The notes: generated by a model not told the origin, from the letters alone. Positions 35,401 to 50,120 are shown, counted from the stretch's first letter. The stretch is DNA of 64,000 nt from Basidiobolus meristosporus CBS 931.73 (GCA_002104905.1 MCFE01000246.1:1-64000), one strand, 5' to 3'. Translations and numbers: made by a program.

Positions 35401-38400
35401 GATACCCCAGCCATCAGCAAGATAGCAGGTTTTTCCGGGCACAATGGACAGTATTGCTGTTGAATGTGTGAGATCCAGGGGATTTATTCCATAACTCACA
35501 CACATTATTATTACCCAAACACCAGCACTAAGAACATCATCCTTCCACAAAGAGAACGTACAGAAGTCAGCATGCAATTGCAGGAAAGTTGGTAAGCTAT
35601 AAGCCATTGGCTGGAATGTGGAACCAATTGGAACCAAAGATACTTAAGATAGAGGGTATCTGTTGGAGCAAAAGCTTTCCACTGGGAGCAATGCATTTGC
35701 TTTTCAACAATATCCCAATAATGATGACAAAGTTGTACATGGGGCATTTCAAGCTAAATGTGCCCTTTAGGATACTGGAGAAATTTGAAAGAATTGGCAC
35801 AATATTACAGAGTATCTGCTACCCTAAGTACTTCTCACAGGCTTCAATTAATACTAATATGCATATGCTACAATACAAATGCAAAGACTGAATGATCTGG
35901 ATATGTACTTATTCAAGTGGCGTTCTGAAGCCATTCCTACTGAGAATACATTGGAAGCATTGGGAGTCATATGTGGACATTGTAGGAGTATTTATCCAGA
36001 AGCAGATCACCAATGCCAACTTGATGCATCTACAGCTGTTGTGTGAGGAGTTTGTGACAGGATTTGAGCTGCAATGCTACAAACATAGAGCTGAACATGT
36101 AGGCCTCTGCCCACTACTGTATCCATTCTCTACTCCATCTTGCATGGTGTGTAGAGAATACTGCGCTTTGCTTCACCTTTTGGGAGTTTCCTATGGAGCA
36201 GATGTGCGGGGAGATAGGAAGACAAGTCAAGTTGCAGGTAATACCATATCCCAATCTCATCAAGAATATTACCTTCAAGTCCATCATTGATGTGATGAGT
36301 TGGCACATGGAGGACAGCCAGGAAGAGTTGGAATATACCATGGACAAATATGCACAAGGAGACACCTATGCCTATGGAATGAAGAAGCTAAGCAGCACCA
36401 ATGTTTGGGAAATCAGTTAAGTAATGCAAACTTGTGCTGGGTGAAACAAGCAACTAGTTTGTAGCAGGAAAACTCTTCCAAGGTATGCTAGATTTCTCAT
36501 GGTCACAAGCCAACTTCTACACCATGCTATACAGAATTTACACAAGCAAAAGACAGTGCACACCTATTTGGGGGACTAGAATCTAGTAGGTAGAAGGAAT
36601 TTATTGGCTAAATACCAATAAACTCTTTGCAGATATTCAGGTGGAATCCATGGCAGAAGTGGCAACAACCAAGCATATGCTTGCAAGATGTATATGTTAC
36701 CAGCAGCACAAGATATGTGGCAACTTTGCAAGAATCACACTAAAAGCCATAAAGTTGAGGTGATAGAAGTTTGTCAATTAAGGCATGTGTGCATATTTGT
36801 AGAGGTTAGTAAGCAGGAGGCCATAGTATTTTTTGATTCAAACTATATGTGGAATACTTAAGGTAGTAGTGGGTAAGCAAATAAAGATGGGTGATATTAT
36901 AGTGGAATATATGAATTTCACTAAGGGAGGTAGAATATGGAAACACCATTAGGTAAATTGGTACAGTAGCATTGAACAGAACCAGCTGTGGGCTGTCATA
37001 CTGCCAATTAATGCCGTCAGAGTCTTCCTGTGAGGTCATCAAGTACCATCCAGTTTCTTGCCATCTAAGGCAATTGGTTATCCTGGCCAATTGGATCCAC
37101 TTAAAATAGTTATAGTGCACTAAAAGATTGCAACAATTCCATGCAAATATTGTCACAGCACCAATTAAATCTTGTCAAGTATTATCCCTTTATTTGGTGG
37201 TAAAATTAGCAGAACATTGTTGTGATCCTGTCATGAGATTGTTAGGAGGGTTGCTAATTCCAAGCTGCAGGTATTACAATGGTCTCTAAATGGTATCATG
37301 ATGGCAGATACAGATTGGATCCATCCATGATATCAAATTATTTTTCATAGGGTATGTTTGCAAGAGGTATATATTACCAGCAGTACACAGTATATGGCAG
37401 CTTTGCAAGTATCACGCTAAAAAGCCATAAAGTTAAGGTCATAGAAGTACATCAATTGTGGCAAGTGTGTGCATTTATAGAGGTTAGTAAGTATGAGGCC
37501 ACAGTTTTTTTTGACTCAAACTATATGTAGAATACCCAAGGTTGCAGTGGGTAAGCAAATAAAGAGGGGTTAATCCACATTGGAATATATGAATTGCACA
37601 AGGGGAGGTAGAAAAAGGAAATACCATTTGGTGAATTAATACAGTGATATTGTACAGAGCAAGCTGTAGGCCACAATACTGCCATGATAATGCCATCAGA
37701 GACTTGCATTGAGGCCATTGAAACACAGTCAAGTTTCTTACCATTGAAGGCAAATGGATGTACTGGCCAGTTGGATCCATTTAAAGTAGTTGCAGAGCAC
37801 ATTAATATTGCAACAATGCCATGCAAATATTACCACAGCACCAATCAAACCCTGTCAAGTTTTTAACTTCATTCTGTTGTAAGAGTCTTGGAGATATTGG
37901 AAGTGATTGGGAGCACAAGTTGATTATATGGCTTTCACTTAATGTTTATTGGATGTAAAGTAGTCTTGATACTTTTGCATGGTCTTGGCATAACAAGCAC
38001 ATAAAATAGGTTAAGAAAGGTCCCAAGAACATCTGTGCAAAGTTTGGCGCTGTTTGGACAACTTTGAGAATTTTCATGTTCTGGGTACCTGGTATTTTGG
38101 TGGAAATATTCTAAGTAAATCCCAACAAGGAATTTGGTCAGCATTCTCTAGGATTTGAAGGTAATAATCTTAGTGACTAAGTTAGGTGAATATTTAGGTG
38201 GAATTCTAAATTTTCACAACACTCCCACTCAGCTAAATGTTCATACAAACTTGTCTTAATTTTGACCTAAGATATCCTCACTTATCTCAAGCTAATGGTT
38301 TGGTAAATATGTCTGCAATCATTTCATCTGTACAACAGTAAACTAAGCTAACTAAGTTATTCTCTATAGCTTCATGTATAAAATGAAGACTAATATCTAT

Positions 38401-39847
38401 GTGCTTGGCTCTAGCATGAAAAGTTGAATTTCTACCTAGCTGTATACATCCTTGATTATCTTGAAATAAAGAAATAGGCATTTTTTGACATAGGCCTAAA
38501 TCTGTAAAAAGCTTTTGTAACCACATTGCTTCTTTTGTAGCTTCACAGACTGTCATATACTCTGCCTCTGTGGTAGAAAGTGCTACAGTTGGTTGCTTTC
38601 TTGAATTCCATGAAATGGCTCCTTTACAGTAAAGAAAGGTGTATCCTGTGGTGGATCTTCTGTCTTCCAAATTTTTTCCCCAATCAGCACAAGAGTATCC
38701 CACAAGATCCTGTTCTGAGTCCTTATAAGTGTATCTTAAGCAGATATCAGCAGTTCTGTGGTAATGGAAAGTATTCCATTACTACAATATCTCTAAACCA
38801 ATATTGCACTCATTTCTTTATTTTGCCTTTTGCTATTGTAACACACAAGTGAAAGATCAAGAATTTCCAACTTTGATGAACTAATGCTCCAGACCCCAAC
38901 AAGCAATCCACCCAAGAATATTATGTCATACAGAACTCGTAGTAGCCAACACATGTTTCAAATTACAGCTCATTTGAAGCAGTACTTAAGGAGCTATGAC
39001 CAAAAGAGTCCAACTATTATATATACTATGCCTTATTGCTAGGATTACTATGGTGACTTTAATTGCATGTAACTTTTAGATCAGCCAATCAAATCACGTG
39101 ACATTTTTACAGGTGCTGCGCCTATATCTGATCTGCGCCACTGCAAAATTTTAGCTTCATATCACGTGTATTGCTTGCGCAATTGCCCAAAAACTTTGAT
39201 CCTTCAAAATTTTCATATATATGACTTCCCCAGCCAAAAAATAAAGGGAGAGCCTCTCTTTCCAGAATCTCCACACTACAATTACAAGCTTAAAGGTTAT
39301 AAGACTTCCCCTGCATCACTTGCGCTGTTGAGTATTCTGACTTTGATTGGTACTACATCAGTAAAGAGACTGCAAAGCTCACAAGAATCCAATCTAAGTT
39401 CTACAAGAAACTACCACTTTTCTGTCGGAAAAGTCCCCTCTAAGAAACCCCTTTACTCTAAAGACGCCCCTTTAGGTCTAAAGACCCCTTTAGAGACTTC
39501 TACAACACACCCCTTTAGGTTAAAGGGGAGTTCAGAATTTCCATATTAGGAAATATTTTCTCAGAAAGAAAAGTGACTTCCAAATAAGCAAAAGTTACTA
39601 TAAAAGTAAATAAGCCCATTAGTTGACAGAAGGTCAGAACACTGCTGTAGAAGTGATAAACACTGCCTACAGTATATTTTGAGCCCAAGATTGAGGAAAT
39701 TAGTGAAAGTTATATCTTCTATAGGTATATCAAACTCCCAATAAACTATTTCAGTATTAGCATACTGGAAGCTGTTGTATATTGTTGATTAGCCTCTACA
39801 TTGTAGAACAAGCCCCAAACTAATCATAATACAACACAACAAGAATT

Positions 39848-39863
39848 TGGTGGAGGACCTGGG
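39848..39863 (+). promoter_or_regulatory. Putative PBS TGGTGGAGGACCTGGG (possibly tRNA-Ala type)
   Basis: TGG start 6 nt after the LTR; TGGTGGAG resembles the complement of tRNA-Ala 3' ends. Confidence 0.4.
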
Positions 39864-40314
39864 TAGTTTGAACCTTTCACTACACAAGCATCAAAAAACA
39901 TCACAAGAATGACCAATACACCACTCCCAGAGTTAATAGCCACTTTTAAAGGTGTCATTCCAGTAAAACTCCCAGGAGAGAATGTTACTGAGTTTCTAGA
40001 AGAGTTTAACAATATAGCTGCAGCATTTGAGCTATCACACAAGAACAAAATCCAGTTGTTTCCCTTTCTCTGTGAAGTTGAAGTATCAAGATTCTTACAA
40101 AGTTTGGACCCATTTAAGATATCTATTGGCGCTAACTATAACAGGGACACTGCTCAACAAGCTATTTTAGCTGAGTACCAAAAGGAAGCACAGTTTGTTA
40201 TACTAAATGAGCTAGAAATGCCTTACAACAAGACCCAACCTTTGCAGAAGTACATTCAGAAGTTTGAGTCAAAAGCAAGGCATGCTGAAGCAGCTATTGG
40301 AATTCCAAGATATT

Positions 40315-41047
40315 AGACTTGTTCCGTTGGATAGTGCCACATTAAGCCATGAATGCCAAATGATGCTATAGTGTACCAGAGAGGTCAAGTGAGCCTATAC
40401 TTGGCCACAGAGTGTGAAACATAGCTCTGCATCTTCATGTAAAGCAGCCCCTGTGTTTCACCCATTGTGTTGGGGAAAATTCATTTTTTGACCTTTTTTT
40501 GTGGATCAATGTAGCTCAGGATGTGTGAGAGCACAGGAAAACTGAAGATATGCATCTGGTACTCAATACCCATGGCACTCTGAATCTAGCTCCTGTAGCT
40601 TGTATCATGTCACAAAAATGAATGGCATTATCTTGGTCCACTGGTACTATCTGGCACTATATTTAAATATTAGCCCTAAAGTAAGATCTATACAAAGCAC
40701 TTATAGTGCCAGATAGTACCAGTGGACCAAGATAGTGCCATTCATCTTTGTGACATGATACAAGCTACAGGAGCTAGATTCAGAGTGCCATGGGTATTGA
40801 GTACCAGATGCATATCTTCAGTTCTCCTGTGCTCTAACATATCCTGCACAACATTGATCCAAAAAAAAAGGTCAAAAAATGGATATTCTCCAACACAATG
40901 GGTGAAACACAGGGGCTGCTTTGCATGAAGATGCGGAGCTATGTTTCACACCCTGTGGCCAGGTAGAGGCTCAATTGGCCTCTCTGGCACACTATGGCAT
41001 CATTTGGCACTCATAGCTCAATGTGGCACTATCCAACAGAACAGTCT
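40315..41047. mobile_element. 733-bp foldback (hairpin) non-autonomous DNA transposon with 3-bp TSD ATT, inserted in Gypsy B gag
   Basis: Arms 40315-40660 and 40703-41047 are inverted copies around a 42-bp spacer; termini AGACTTGTTCCGTTGG; removing the element and one ATT restores the gag frame (IPRYYQRNYFL). Confidence 0.92.
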
Positions 41048-44000
41048 ATTATCAAAGAAACTATTTTCTGATGAATATGCCTCCTGAAATATGTAATGCC
41101 ATTAGCCACCAAGTTCAGGCCACAAGCTCCTATGACAATGTTAAACAAATGGTGTTAAACTATTAATCAGGGAGACAAGTCATGGATTCCATTAATATTC
41201 AAATGAAGATTCCCACTCCAGCTAAACAAATTCTTCATTGTACAAATAACCCACAAAGTGATCAGGTTAATGAATGAATTGATGCATTAGGAAAACTGAC
41301 GCTTAAGTTGGACTCTCAAAGTGTACCATCATCAGGCATCAACAAGGCAAGACCAGAAAATCCCAAAACAACCAGTAATTATCCACAGCAAACCAAATAT
41401 TGTGTGTACTGTGAATCTGCTGAGCATAGCCATTATGGTTGTCAAATATTGAATATTGATATTGACAGTCATAAGGTTATGATTGAGCGTTATGGGAAGA
41501 TCTGTGATATTGCTGGAAACCCCTTGCCTATCAACAGAGGTTATGGTGGAATGAGGTCCTATGTACTTGCTCAAGAAGAATCAAGTAAAAGCACCAAGAC
41601 ATCAAATTTCATTCAAATCCAAAAGACTGCAGAAATTCCAATCAATGAATGTTATGTACTCACAATATCAGATCCATCAGGGCAGGTCCAAGAATATCTA
41701 ATGGAAAAAGAGGAAGTTGAAGAGTTTAATTGCCTTATTGATAAGAGAAAGTATGTTTCTACAGAGAGCAATCCTAAAAAAGTGTGTACCAACAAAAGGA
41801 ATCAGCCAATTGTTGAAATACCAGTACAGCCAGAAACATCAAAAATCCAAAAAGAACACTTGCAACCTCAATCTATGTATGACACTACTGCAATTACACA
41901 GAAAGTTATTGACAAATTCTGGAAATCTCCATTTCCCCAACTTACAAATCAAGAAATGTTCTCCACCATCAACAATCTCAGTCAACTACTACCAGAAATG
42001 GTTAAGCCTATGAACAAAGATATTCTGAAGAATTATCAAGAACAGTTGTCAACAACGTTATCAAGTGAACAACTACAATTTGAAGTGGAAAAAGCCTTTT
42101 ACTCTATAACAACAGGAAGCTATGCTGCTACAATCAACAATGTTGAAGTGGAATGTGTTTTTGATTCTGGATCAGAAATCAATGCTATCACCGCTATGAC
42201 TTTTGAAAAAATCAAATTGCCATTGACAGAAGTTGACTGGAATATGAGAACTGCTACAGGTGCAACAGAGAAGATGCTTGGACTTTGTCACTCTGTACCA
42301 ATTGAAATTGGAGGAATCAGGGCTACTTCTCCCTTTTTCATTGTTGCCAATGGACCCACTTTTGAGGTATTGTTGGGACAACAATATGAGAGAAAATCTC
42401 TTCTACAAGCTGATAATAGACCTGAAGGAAGCTTATGGCTGACAATCACATCTGACAATTGAAAAAGAAGGGCAACCTTTTGTGCAGCAGAAGAGAACAA
42501 TCCAAGAAATGCAGACACCATTCCAGTACAAAACATACAGGTTCATAAGGATATTTTGCTTTATGATCAACACTTCATTCCATTGACAACAAGTAAGACA
42601 AATACCAAGTATAAGCCAGTTGCATTGAAAGCAAAGCCAGTATCTACTGGAATCTCACCATCTGCCCACAACAATCCTCAAATGGAGCCTTTGCACAAAT
42701 ATGAGAAAATCAGACTCACAGAAGAGAAGCTCAAGGAGTTGGCTATTGGGACTACTCTTTCCACTGAGGAGAAAAGTCTCTTTTTGACTATGCTACAATG
42801 CTATGACAATGTCTTTACATTTAATGATGCACAAAGAGGATGTTTATCCACAGAGCTATTTCCACCGGTTAAGATCCATACCGTTGAACATACACCATGG
42901 GCACTGAGATCATATCCTATTCCCTCAAGATTACTGAACAAAGTAATTGAAATGCTACAATCAAGATTTCAAAGTGGAGTCATTGAATATAGCTATGGAC
43001 CTTATTGCAATCCCTGGTTTACACCATTGAAGAAAAATGGAAGTCTACAGTTTATTCAAGACGTACAGCATTTGAATAAGGTCACCATCAAAGATGCTAT
43101 GCAACCACCCATACAACATGAGTATATTGAGTCATTTACTGGATATCCTCTGATTACAACATTGGATCTTTATTCAGGATATGACCAAATGCTTCTGGAT
43201 CCTACCTCAAGAGATTTCACTGCTATAGATACACCAATAGGACTCATAAGGATGACAAGAATACCTCAAGGATGGACAAACTCTGTCCAAAATTATCAAT
43301 GTGCAATGATTTGAATTTTGGATGACTGTTTCCCTGAGATATGCCAACCATTTCTTGATGACATTGCAGTTAAGAATAAGTCCAGAGAAAAAGATACATC
43401 CCATGTCTTACCTCAAGTAAGAAGATATGTTTATGATCACGTAAGCACAGTTGAGAGGGTCATGAAGAAACTTCAAGCTTCTTGTCTGACTGTATCAGGA
43501 GCCAAATGCAAGTTTGGCTACAACAAAGCAATCATTCTAGGTGAACTTGTTACCAAAAAAGGGAGATTGCCTGATCCTGCAAAACTTTCATTGGCACTGA
43601 ATTGGAAGCCACCAAGGAATATTCATCAAGTCAGACAATTATTGGGACTTACTGGTCTATTCAGAATCTGGATCAAGAACTATGCTCAAATTGCTAAGCC
43701 ACTGACTCAGTTATTACAGAAAAACCAGAAATTTGAATGGCATGAAGAACAGGCAATTGCTATGTCGACATTGCTTGAGTCATTATCAAAGCCACCTGTC
43801 TTAGCAGCTATAGACTACAGTGTTATTGATTCACAACCAATCATTGTATCAGCTGATAGCTCTGGAATTGGGGTTGGTGGAATCTTGATTCAAGTTTCAA
43901 AAGATCATCATTGACAACCTTGCAAATATCTTAGTAGACTATTCAAAGGGAATGAGCTTAACTATCCATCTATCAAGAAAGAAGCACTGGGAGTACTCTA

Positions 44001-47000
44001 TGTACTCAAAAAGCTAAAGCCATACTTATTAGGAGTACAATTCAAACTGGAGGTTGATGCCAAGCCATTATTAGGAATGTTGAATAAGTTGGAGCTTTTG
44101 CCTGATCCTATTCTAGCACGGTGGATATCATACATCCATATCTTTGACTTTACGCTGCAACACATACCAGGAACCAATCACAAAGGACCTGATGCCTTAT
44201 CTAGAAAGCAACCAAATTCACCATACTCAACTGATGATGATGAGATTGATGAGTTTCTTGAAAACACTAGTCTTGGATTCTCATTCAGACATATGATACA
44301 AAGCAATTATCAACAAATCAAGGAATTTCTTACATCACTCAAAGTTCCTGCTGATATTCCCACAAATCAACGCACAAATTTTAAAAGGAAGGCTCTGAAG
44401 TTTTTACTGCATGATGGCACACTTTTCAGAAAAAGCAAACATGGAGCTCCTTAACAGTATATACATAACAAGCATGATCAAGAGAAGATCATTCAAGAAT
44501 TGCATGAATCTGAATCAGGAGGTCATAAGGGAATTACATCAACATATGCAAAAATCTCCTTACGGTATTTTTGGCCAACGCTGTACACCAACACAAAGAA
44601 TATGTGAAATCATGTATTCCATGTCAAAGAAGAGACAACCAAAAGATGCATGAACCACTTCACAGTATATACACATCTTATGCTTGGCAAATTGCACATG
44701 TAGATATTATACATTTACCAAGGGCAACAGCTGGGTAAAAGTATGTGGTGGACTGTTGTGATAACTTTACTGGTTGGATAGAGGCTAGAATGCTGAAACA
44801 AGCCAATGCAAAAGCAGTAGCAAGATTTCTCAAAGAAGATGTATATCTCAGACATGGTTCAGTTGGCACCCTTATTGCAGACAATGGGGAATGTGGATCT
44901 TATGAAATACAAGCACTAGCAACAAAGCATGGAACCAAGCTTATACATACTACGCCATATCACCCACAAGCAAATTCACCAGTTGAACGTGGACATTCTG
45001 CTTTTGCAAACACATTAGCAAAGCTTAGCTATGAAGAACCCAACAAATGGGCAAATAACTTTCATGCCGCAACTTAGTCTGATAGAGTCACGGTTAAAAG
45101 AAGTACAGGGTATATACAATTTTTTTTAATATATGGACATGAAGCTGTTTTGCCAATCGACATATCTTTTGAGAATTGGCTTACCCTCCCATGGAAACCA
45201 ACCATGACAACATCAGAGCTATTGCTAGCAAGAGTACCACAGATTCAACAAGCACACACTCTGCAACAGCATGCAATAGAAAACCTGAAAAAATCTTGAA
45301 TGGCTGGCAAGGAGTACTTTGACGCTCAAAAATGCCTAAGAAAAACATTGCTAGAAGTAGGTGAGTTGATACTACTTCACAACACAAAAAGCCAAAGAAA
45401 CAAGGCATCCAAGCTGGATATGCAATGGCAAGGTCCCTACAAGATCATACATGCAAACAAAAATGGATCTTACAAACTAGCAGAACTTGACGGTACACCA
45501 CTTGCACTGACACAACCTGGTAACAGATTGAAGAAGTTCCATATCAGAAGTAATAATGAGGGCATTATTTCTCAAAGTTAGGGGAGACTTGTGGTAATGG
45601 AAAGTATTCCATTACTACAATATCTCTAAACCAATATTGCACTCATTTCTTTATTTTGCTTTTTGATATTGTAACACACAAGTGAAAGATCAAGAATTTC
45701 CAACTTTGATGAACTAATGCTCCAGACCCCAACAAGCAATCCACCCAAGAATATTATGTCATACAGAACTCGTAGTAGCCAACACATGTTTCAAATTACA
45801 GCTCATTTGAAGCAGTACTTAAGGAGCTATGACCAAAAGAGTCCAACTATTATATATACTATGCCTTATTGCTAGGATCACTATGGTGACTTTAATTGCA
45901 TGTAACTTTTAGATCAGCCAATCAAATCACGTGACATTTTTACAGGTGCTGCGCCTATATCTGATCTGCGCCAATGCAAGATTTTAGCTTCATATCACGT
46001 GTATTGCTTGCGCAATTGCCCAAAAACTTTGATCCTTCAAAATTTTCATATATATGACTTCCCCAGCCAAAAAATAAAGGGAGAGCCTCTCTTTCCAGAA
46101 TCTCCACACTACAATTACAAGTTTAAAGGTTATAAGACTTCCCCTGCATCACTTGCGCTGTTGAGTATTCTGACTTTGATTGGTACTACATCAGTAAAGA
46201 GACTGCAAAGCTCACAAGAATCCAATCTAAGTTCTACAAGAAACTACCACTTTTCTGTCTGAAAAGTCCCCTCTAAGAAACCCCTTTACTCTAAAGACAC
46301 CCCTTTAGGTCTAAAGACCCGGAAATATTTTCCAGAAAGGAAAGTGACTCCCAAATAAGGAAAAGTTACTATAAAAGTAAATAAGCCCATTAGTTGACAG
46401 AAGGTCAGAACACTGCTGTAGAAGTGATAAACACTGCCTACAGTATATTTTGAGCCCAAGATTGAGGAAATTAGTGAAATTTATATCTTCTATCGGTATA
46501 TCAAACTCCCAATAAACTATTTCAGTATTAGCATACTGGAAGTTTTTGTATATTGTTGATTAGCCTCTACATTGTAGAACAAGCCCCAAACTAATCATAA
46601 TACAACACAACAGTTCCCTTTAGGTATCAAAAAATCCACCTAACTGCTGCAATATGATCAGATCTATAGTTCTTTTTATGTTGGCTGACAACTCCCACTG
46701 AATATGAGATATCTGGATGTGTTTCAAGCATGATATACAGCAGACTGTCAACCATAGATTGATAAAGAAAGTCAGGGCTTCCAGATGGCACCAAGCTCTC
46801 ATGATTTTGGTGAGTTTTGAACAAGTTAAGGTTTGTCTCCATTGGGGTAGCTGCTGGTTTACAGTCTTCCATTTGTAACTTCTTTAGTATATCTTAAATA
46901 TATCTGTATTGGCTTAGGGTAATAGTCTGGGTACCTCTGTTCATGGAGAATTTAATCTCTAAGTAGTAACTGAGTTCTCCTAGATTGGACATCTTGAGCT

Positions 47001-50000
47001 CCTTAGATAGGCTGGATTTAGTCCCTTCCAATGTTTCTGGGTTATTGGAGGCTATAATAAGATCATCCACATATAGAGCTAATAGAACTGGATTTGTTCT
47101 ATCTGGCTTACAGTATATACTATAGTCAGCATTACTTCTTTTGAAACTCAAAGATTCCAATAAGAATCTATCTTGCAATTCCAGGTTCATGGTGATTGTT
47201 TGAGACCATATTGTGACTTTTTAAGCGTGCAGACCAAATGGGTGTTATGTTGGTCAGAAAACCCATTAGGCTGGTCCATATACATGTCCTCATTTAATTC
47301 TCCATTCAAAAATGCAGCTTTTACATCCATTTGATGAATAAAAAACTTAAATTTGGCTACAATAGCCAATATTAATCTAATGGAATTAGACTTGGCTACC
47401 GGTGCAAAGGTCTCAGTATAGTCAAGTCCTTTTGTTTGAGAGTATCCTTTGGCCACAAGTCTTGCTTTGTATCTTTCAATTGTACCATCAGTCTTGTATT
47501 TTGTCTTGAAGACCCATATGCTTCCAATTGATTATAGGTTGATTGCTAATTTGACTAAGTCCCAAGTTTGATTTTCCATCAGGGCCTGATATTTCTCAGT
47601 CATCACAGATCTTCAGAACTTTGTCACAGGGCTATTTAGGGCCTCTTTTACCGTCTGGGGCTCATCAATATGGACCAAATAGGCATAGGCTAAGCTTGTA
47701 CCCTCATTGATATAGTAATTAGGGCTATTTCTTGTCCAATTAGATCTCCAGGCATTTGATACTGGAGTGATCACTTCTGGCATATTCCTGGGCACTAATT
47801 CTGGCTGAACCATGGTTGTAGAGTCCTCTGGAGTGAAAAAAATTTTGTTATTTGCTCAGATTCAATCCTTACAATTGGTGGATTTGAGATTAGATTTTTA
47901 TTATCATCTGATGTTGTTTTTTGTGAAAATGTTGAATTTTCATCAAACAACACATTCCTGGACTTTATTAGCTTCTTTGCTTGCAATTGTAGAGTCTGTA
48001 TGCTTTACTCTCATTGCAGTAGCCCAAAAATATGCATTTTACACTTTTTGGCTCAAATTTTGACTGACTTCTGGGCTGTTTCTTGGCTTACGCTGTACAC
48101 CCAAATATTATTGGATGTTCTGCACTTGGTCTGTATCCATACCATGCTTAAAATGGAGTAGAATCACAAAATATTTTGCTATAGCTCCTATTTTTAAGGT
48201 ATACAGCAGTGGCAACTGATTCAATCCAAAAATTATAGGATAATTTTTGATCATGGATCATAGATCTTGCCATGTCAATTATTGATCTATTAGCTTGTTC
48301 TGCTACTCCATTTTGCTGTGGGGAGTATGGTACAGTAGTCTCTTGCTTTATCCCATGAATTTTGCAAAAGTGGATGAAGAGTTTTGAGGTATATTTCCAC
48401 CATTGTCAGAGCGTATTTTCTTGATTTTTTCACCAGTTTCTCTCTCCACTATGGATTTAAGCTCCCTGAGCTTAGACAGAGCTTCTTCCTTTCTCACCAT
48501 GAAGTAGACCCACATGTATCTTGTATAATCATCAATAAAAGTGATTAAATACTTCATCCCGCCTAAGGATACATTTTGCATAGGTCCACACAGATCTGAG
48601 TGAGTTAGATTCAGCTTTTTCCTAGTTCTGACTAACCCAGAGCTCTCAAATAGTTGTCTGGCTTGTTTCCCATATATGCAGGCCTCACAGTGCTCCAAGT
48701 TAGCTGGGGGATCAATTTTTACTGCAGAAAGTAGCTGATCTTTAATTATTTTTGGCAGATAATCAAAATTGATGGGCCCAAATCTCCTGTACCAAAGCAT
48801 TAGTGTTTCTTCATTTAAGTTACTTATATAGGCCTCCAAATATAATGGAATATAAGTTAACTTCTATAGATTCTGATCCCTTAAACCCAAAGCAATATGG
48901 GCACCATTTTAATCAGTGATCTTGCATCCAGAATTGTCAAGGCTGAAACTGAGTCCTTCTGCAGTGGCCTTGCTTACAGAGAGTAGGTTCTTGGCTATTT
49001 CTGGTACATAGAGTAACTTCTCTAAAGGTCAGCGTGTGGCTTCCTTGACTGTTTCTAAGGTTTACTTGGATAGTTTCTTCTCCCATTGCATCAAGTGTTC
49101 TATTGTCACCCATGAAGACCTTCATAATTGGAATTTTTTGATATTGGGTAAAAAGTTATTTTTAGTGTGTAAGGTGTTGAGATGCTCCAGAGTCAATATA
49201 TCATGTCTGAGAATCCTGGTTTGTGGGCATATTTAGTGCAGATATGAATAGTCTATCTTTGGTTATTGCAGCATTTCCATATTCAGGCTTCTTTTGCTGA
49301 TTATCTTTCTTTTTAAGACACCGGTCTGATGTGTGTCCTTTCCTTTTGCAGTAGCTACAAAGCAGGTTGCTGTTGCCTTTGTTGTAATTTGTCATCCAGG
49401 AGACTTACATATACGTAATTCAAGGTCAAATCTTCAGTTCTGGACTCTAGGGCTGATACAAGGCCCTGAAACTTGTCTGACCAGCTATTCAGGATGGTAA
49501 CTTCCACATCCTCATCAGTTGTGGGTATGCCCACAGATTCCATTTCATCTACCAGCAGGGTAATTGTGTTGATTAGATTCTTCATTTCTTCTCCTGGCAG
49601 CATCTTTGTAGTAAAGAATTTTTGTCTCAGATACATTTTCTTAGTAGCTGAACATGACTGGTAGGTGTCTTCTAATGCCTTCCAGGCATTCATTGCTGTT
49701 TTTGCTCTTGAGCATTGAATTAGCAATTTGGCTTTAAAATTAAGGCAAATGCAGTTAAAGGCACTTTGTTCTTTCTTCTGGTACTTTAAGGCTTCCTCTC
49801 CCATGTTTTTAGGAGGGCATTCTTCTCCCATGACAACATCCCAAAGGCCTCTTTCTTATAGCAGCATCTTCATCTTCATCTTCAGCTTCCACACTTAGTA
49901 CTTAGATCTATCCAACTTTTCAGCCAAGGGAAAAGTTCCAGTAATAGCAGTAGTAAAAATTGCAGAGAGTGACTGCCTGAGGCTCATAACCTGTTGTAAG

Positions 50001-50120
50001 AGTCTTGGAGATATTGGAAGTGATTGGGAGATCAACTAGATTAAGTAGTTTTCACTTAATGTTTATTGGATGTAAAGTAGTATTTATACTTTTACATGGT
50101 CTTGGCATAACAAGCACACA

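Larger units (their letters stand above)
31665..37352 (+). mobile_element. CACTA-like transposon copy A: accessory gene (-), degenerate transposase (+), right end ...TTTTTCATAGGG
   Basis: Collinear with 51500-56855; transposase motifs ICWSKSFPLGAMHLLF and PMEQMCG; interrupted by a solo LTR and a ~430-bp deletion. Confidence 0.8.
38757..46612 (+). mobile_element. Full-length pseudogenised Ty3/Gypsy family B element (LTRs 38757-39841 and 45590-46612; 4-bp TSD GTTC)
   Basis: GTTC at 38753-38756 and 46613-46616, single GTTC in the empty Copia B site near 63825; knuckle CVYCESAEHSHYGC, protease DSGSEIN, RT LDLYSGYDQ / PQGWTNS / FLDD, integrase and QGPY; PPT AGGGGAGAC. Confidence 0.93.

Noticed and set aside
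39848-39875. tRNA gene fragment (GGTTCAA on the minus strand)
   Set aside because: Spacing does not fit a T-arm plus acceptor stem; at most a primer-binding site.
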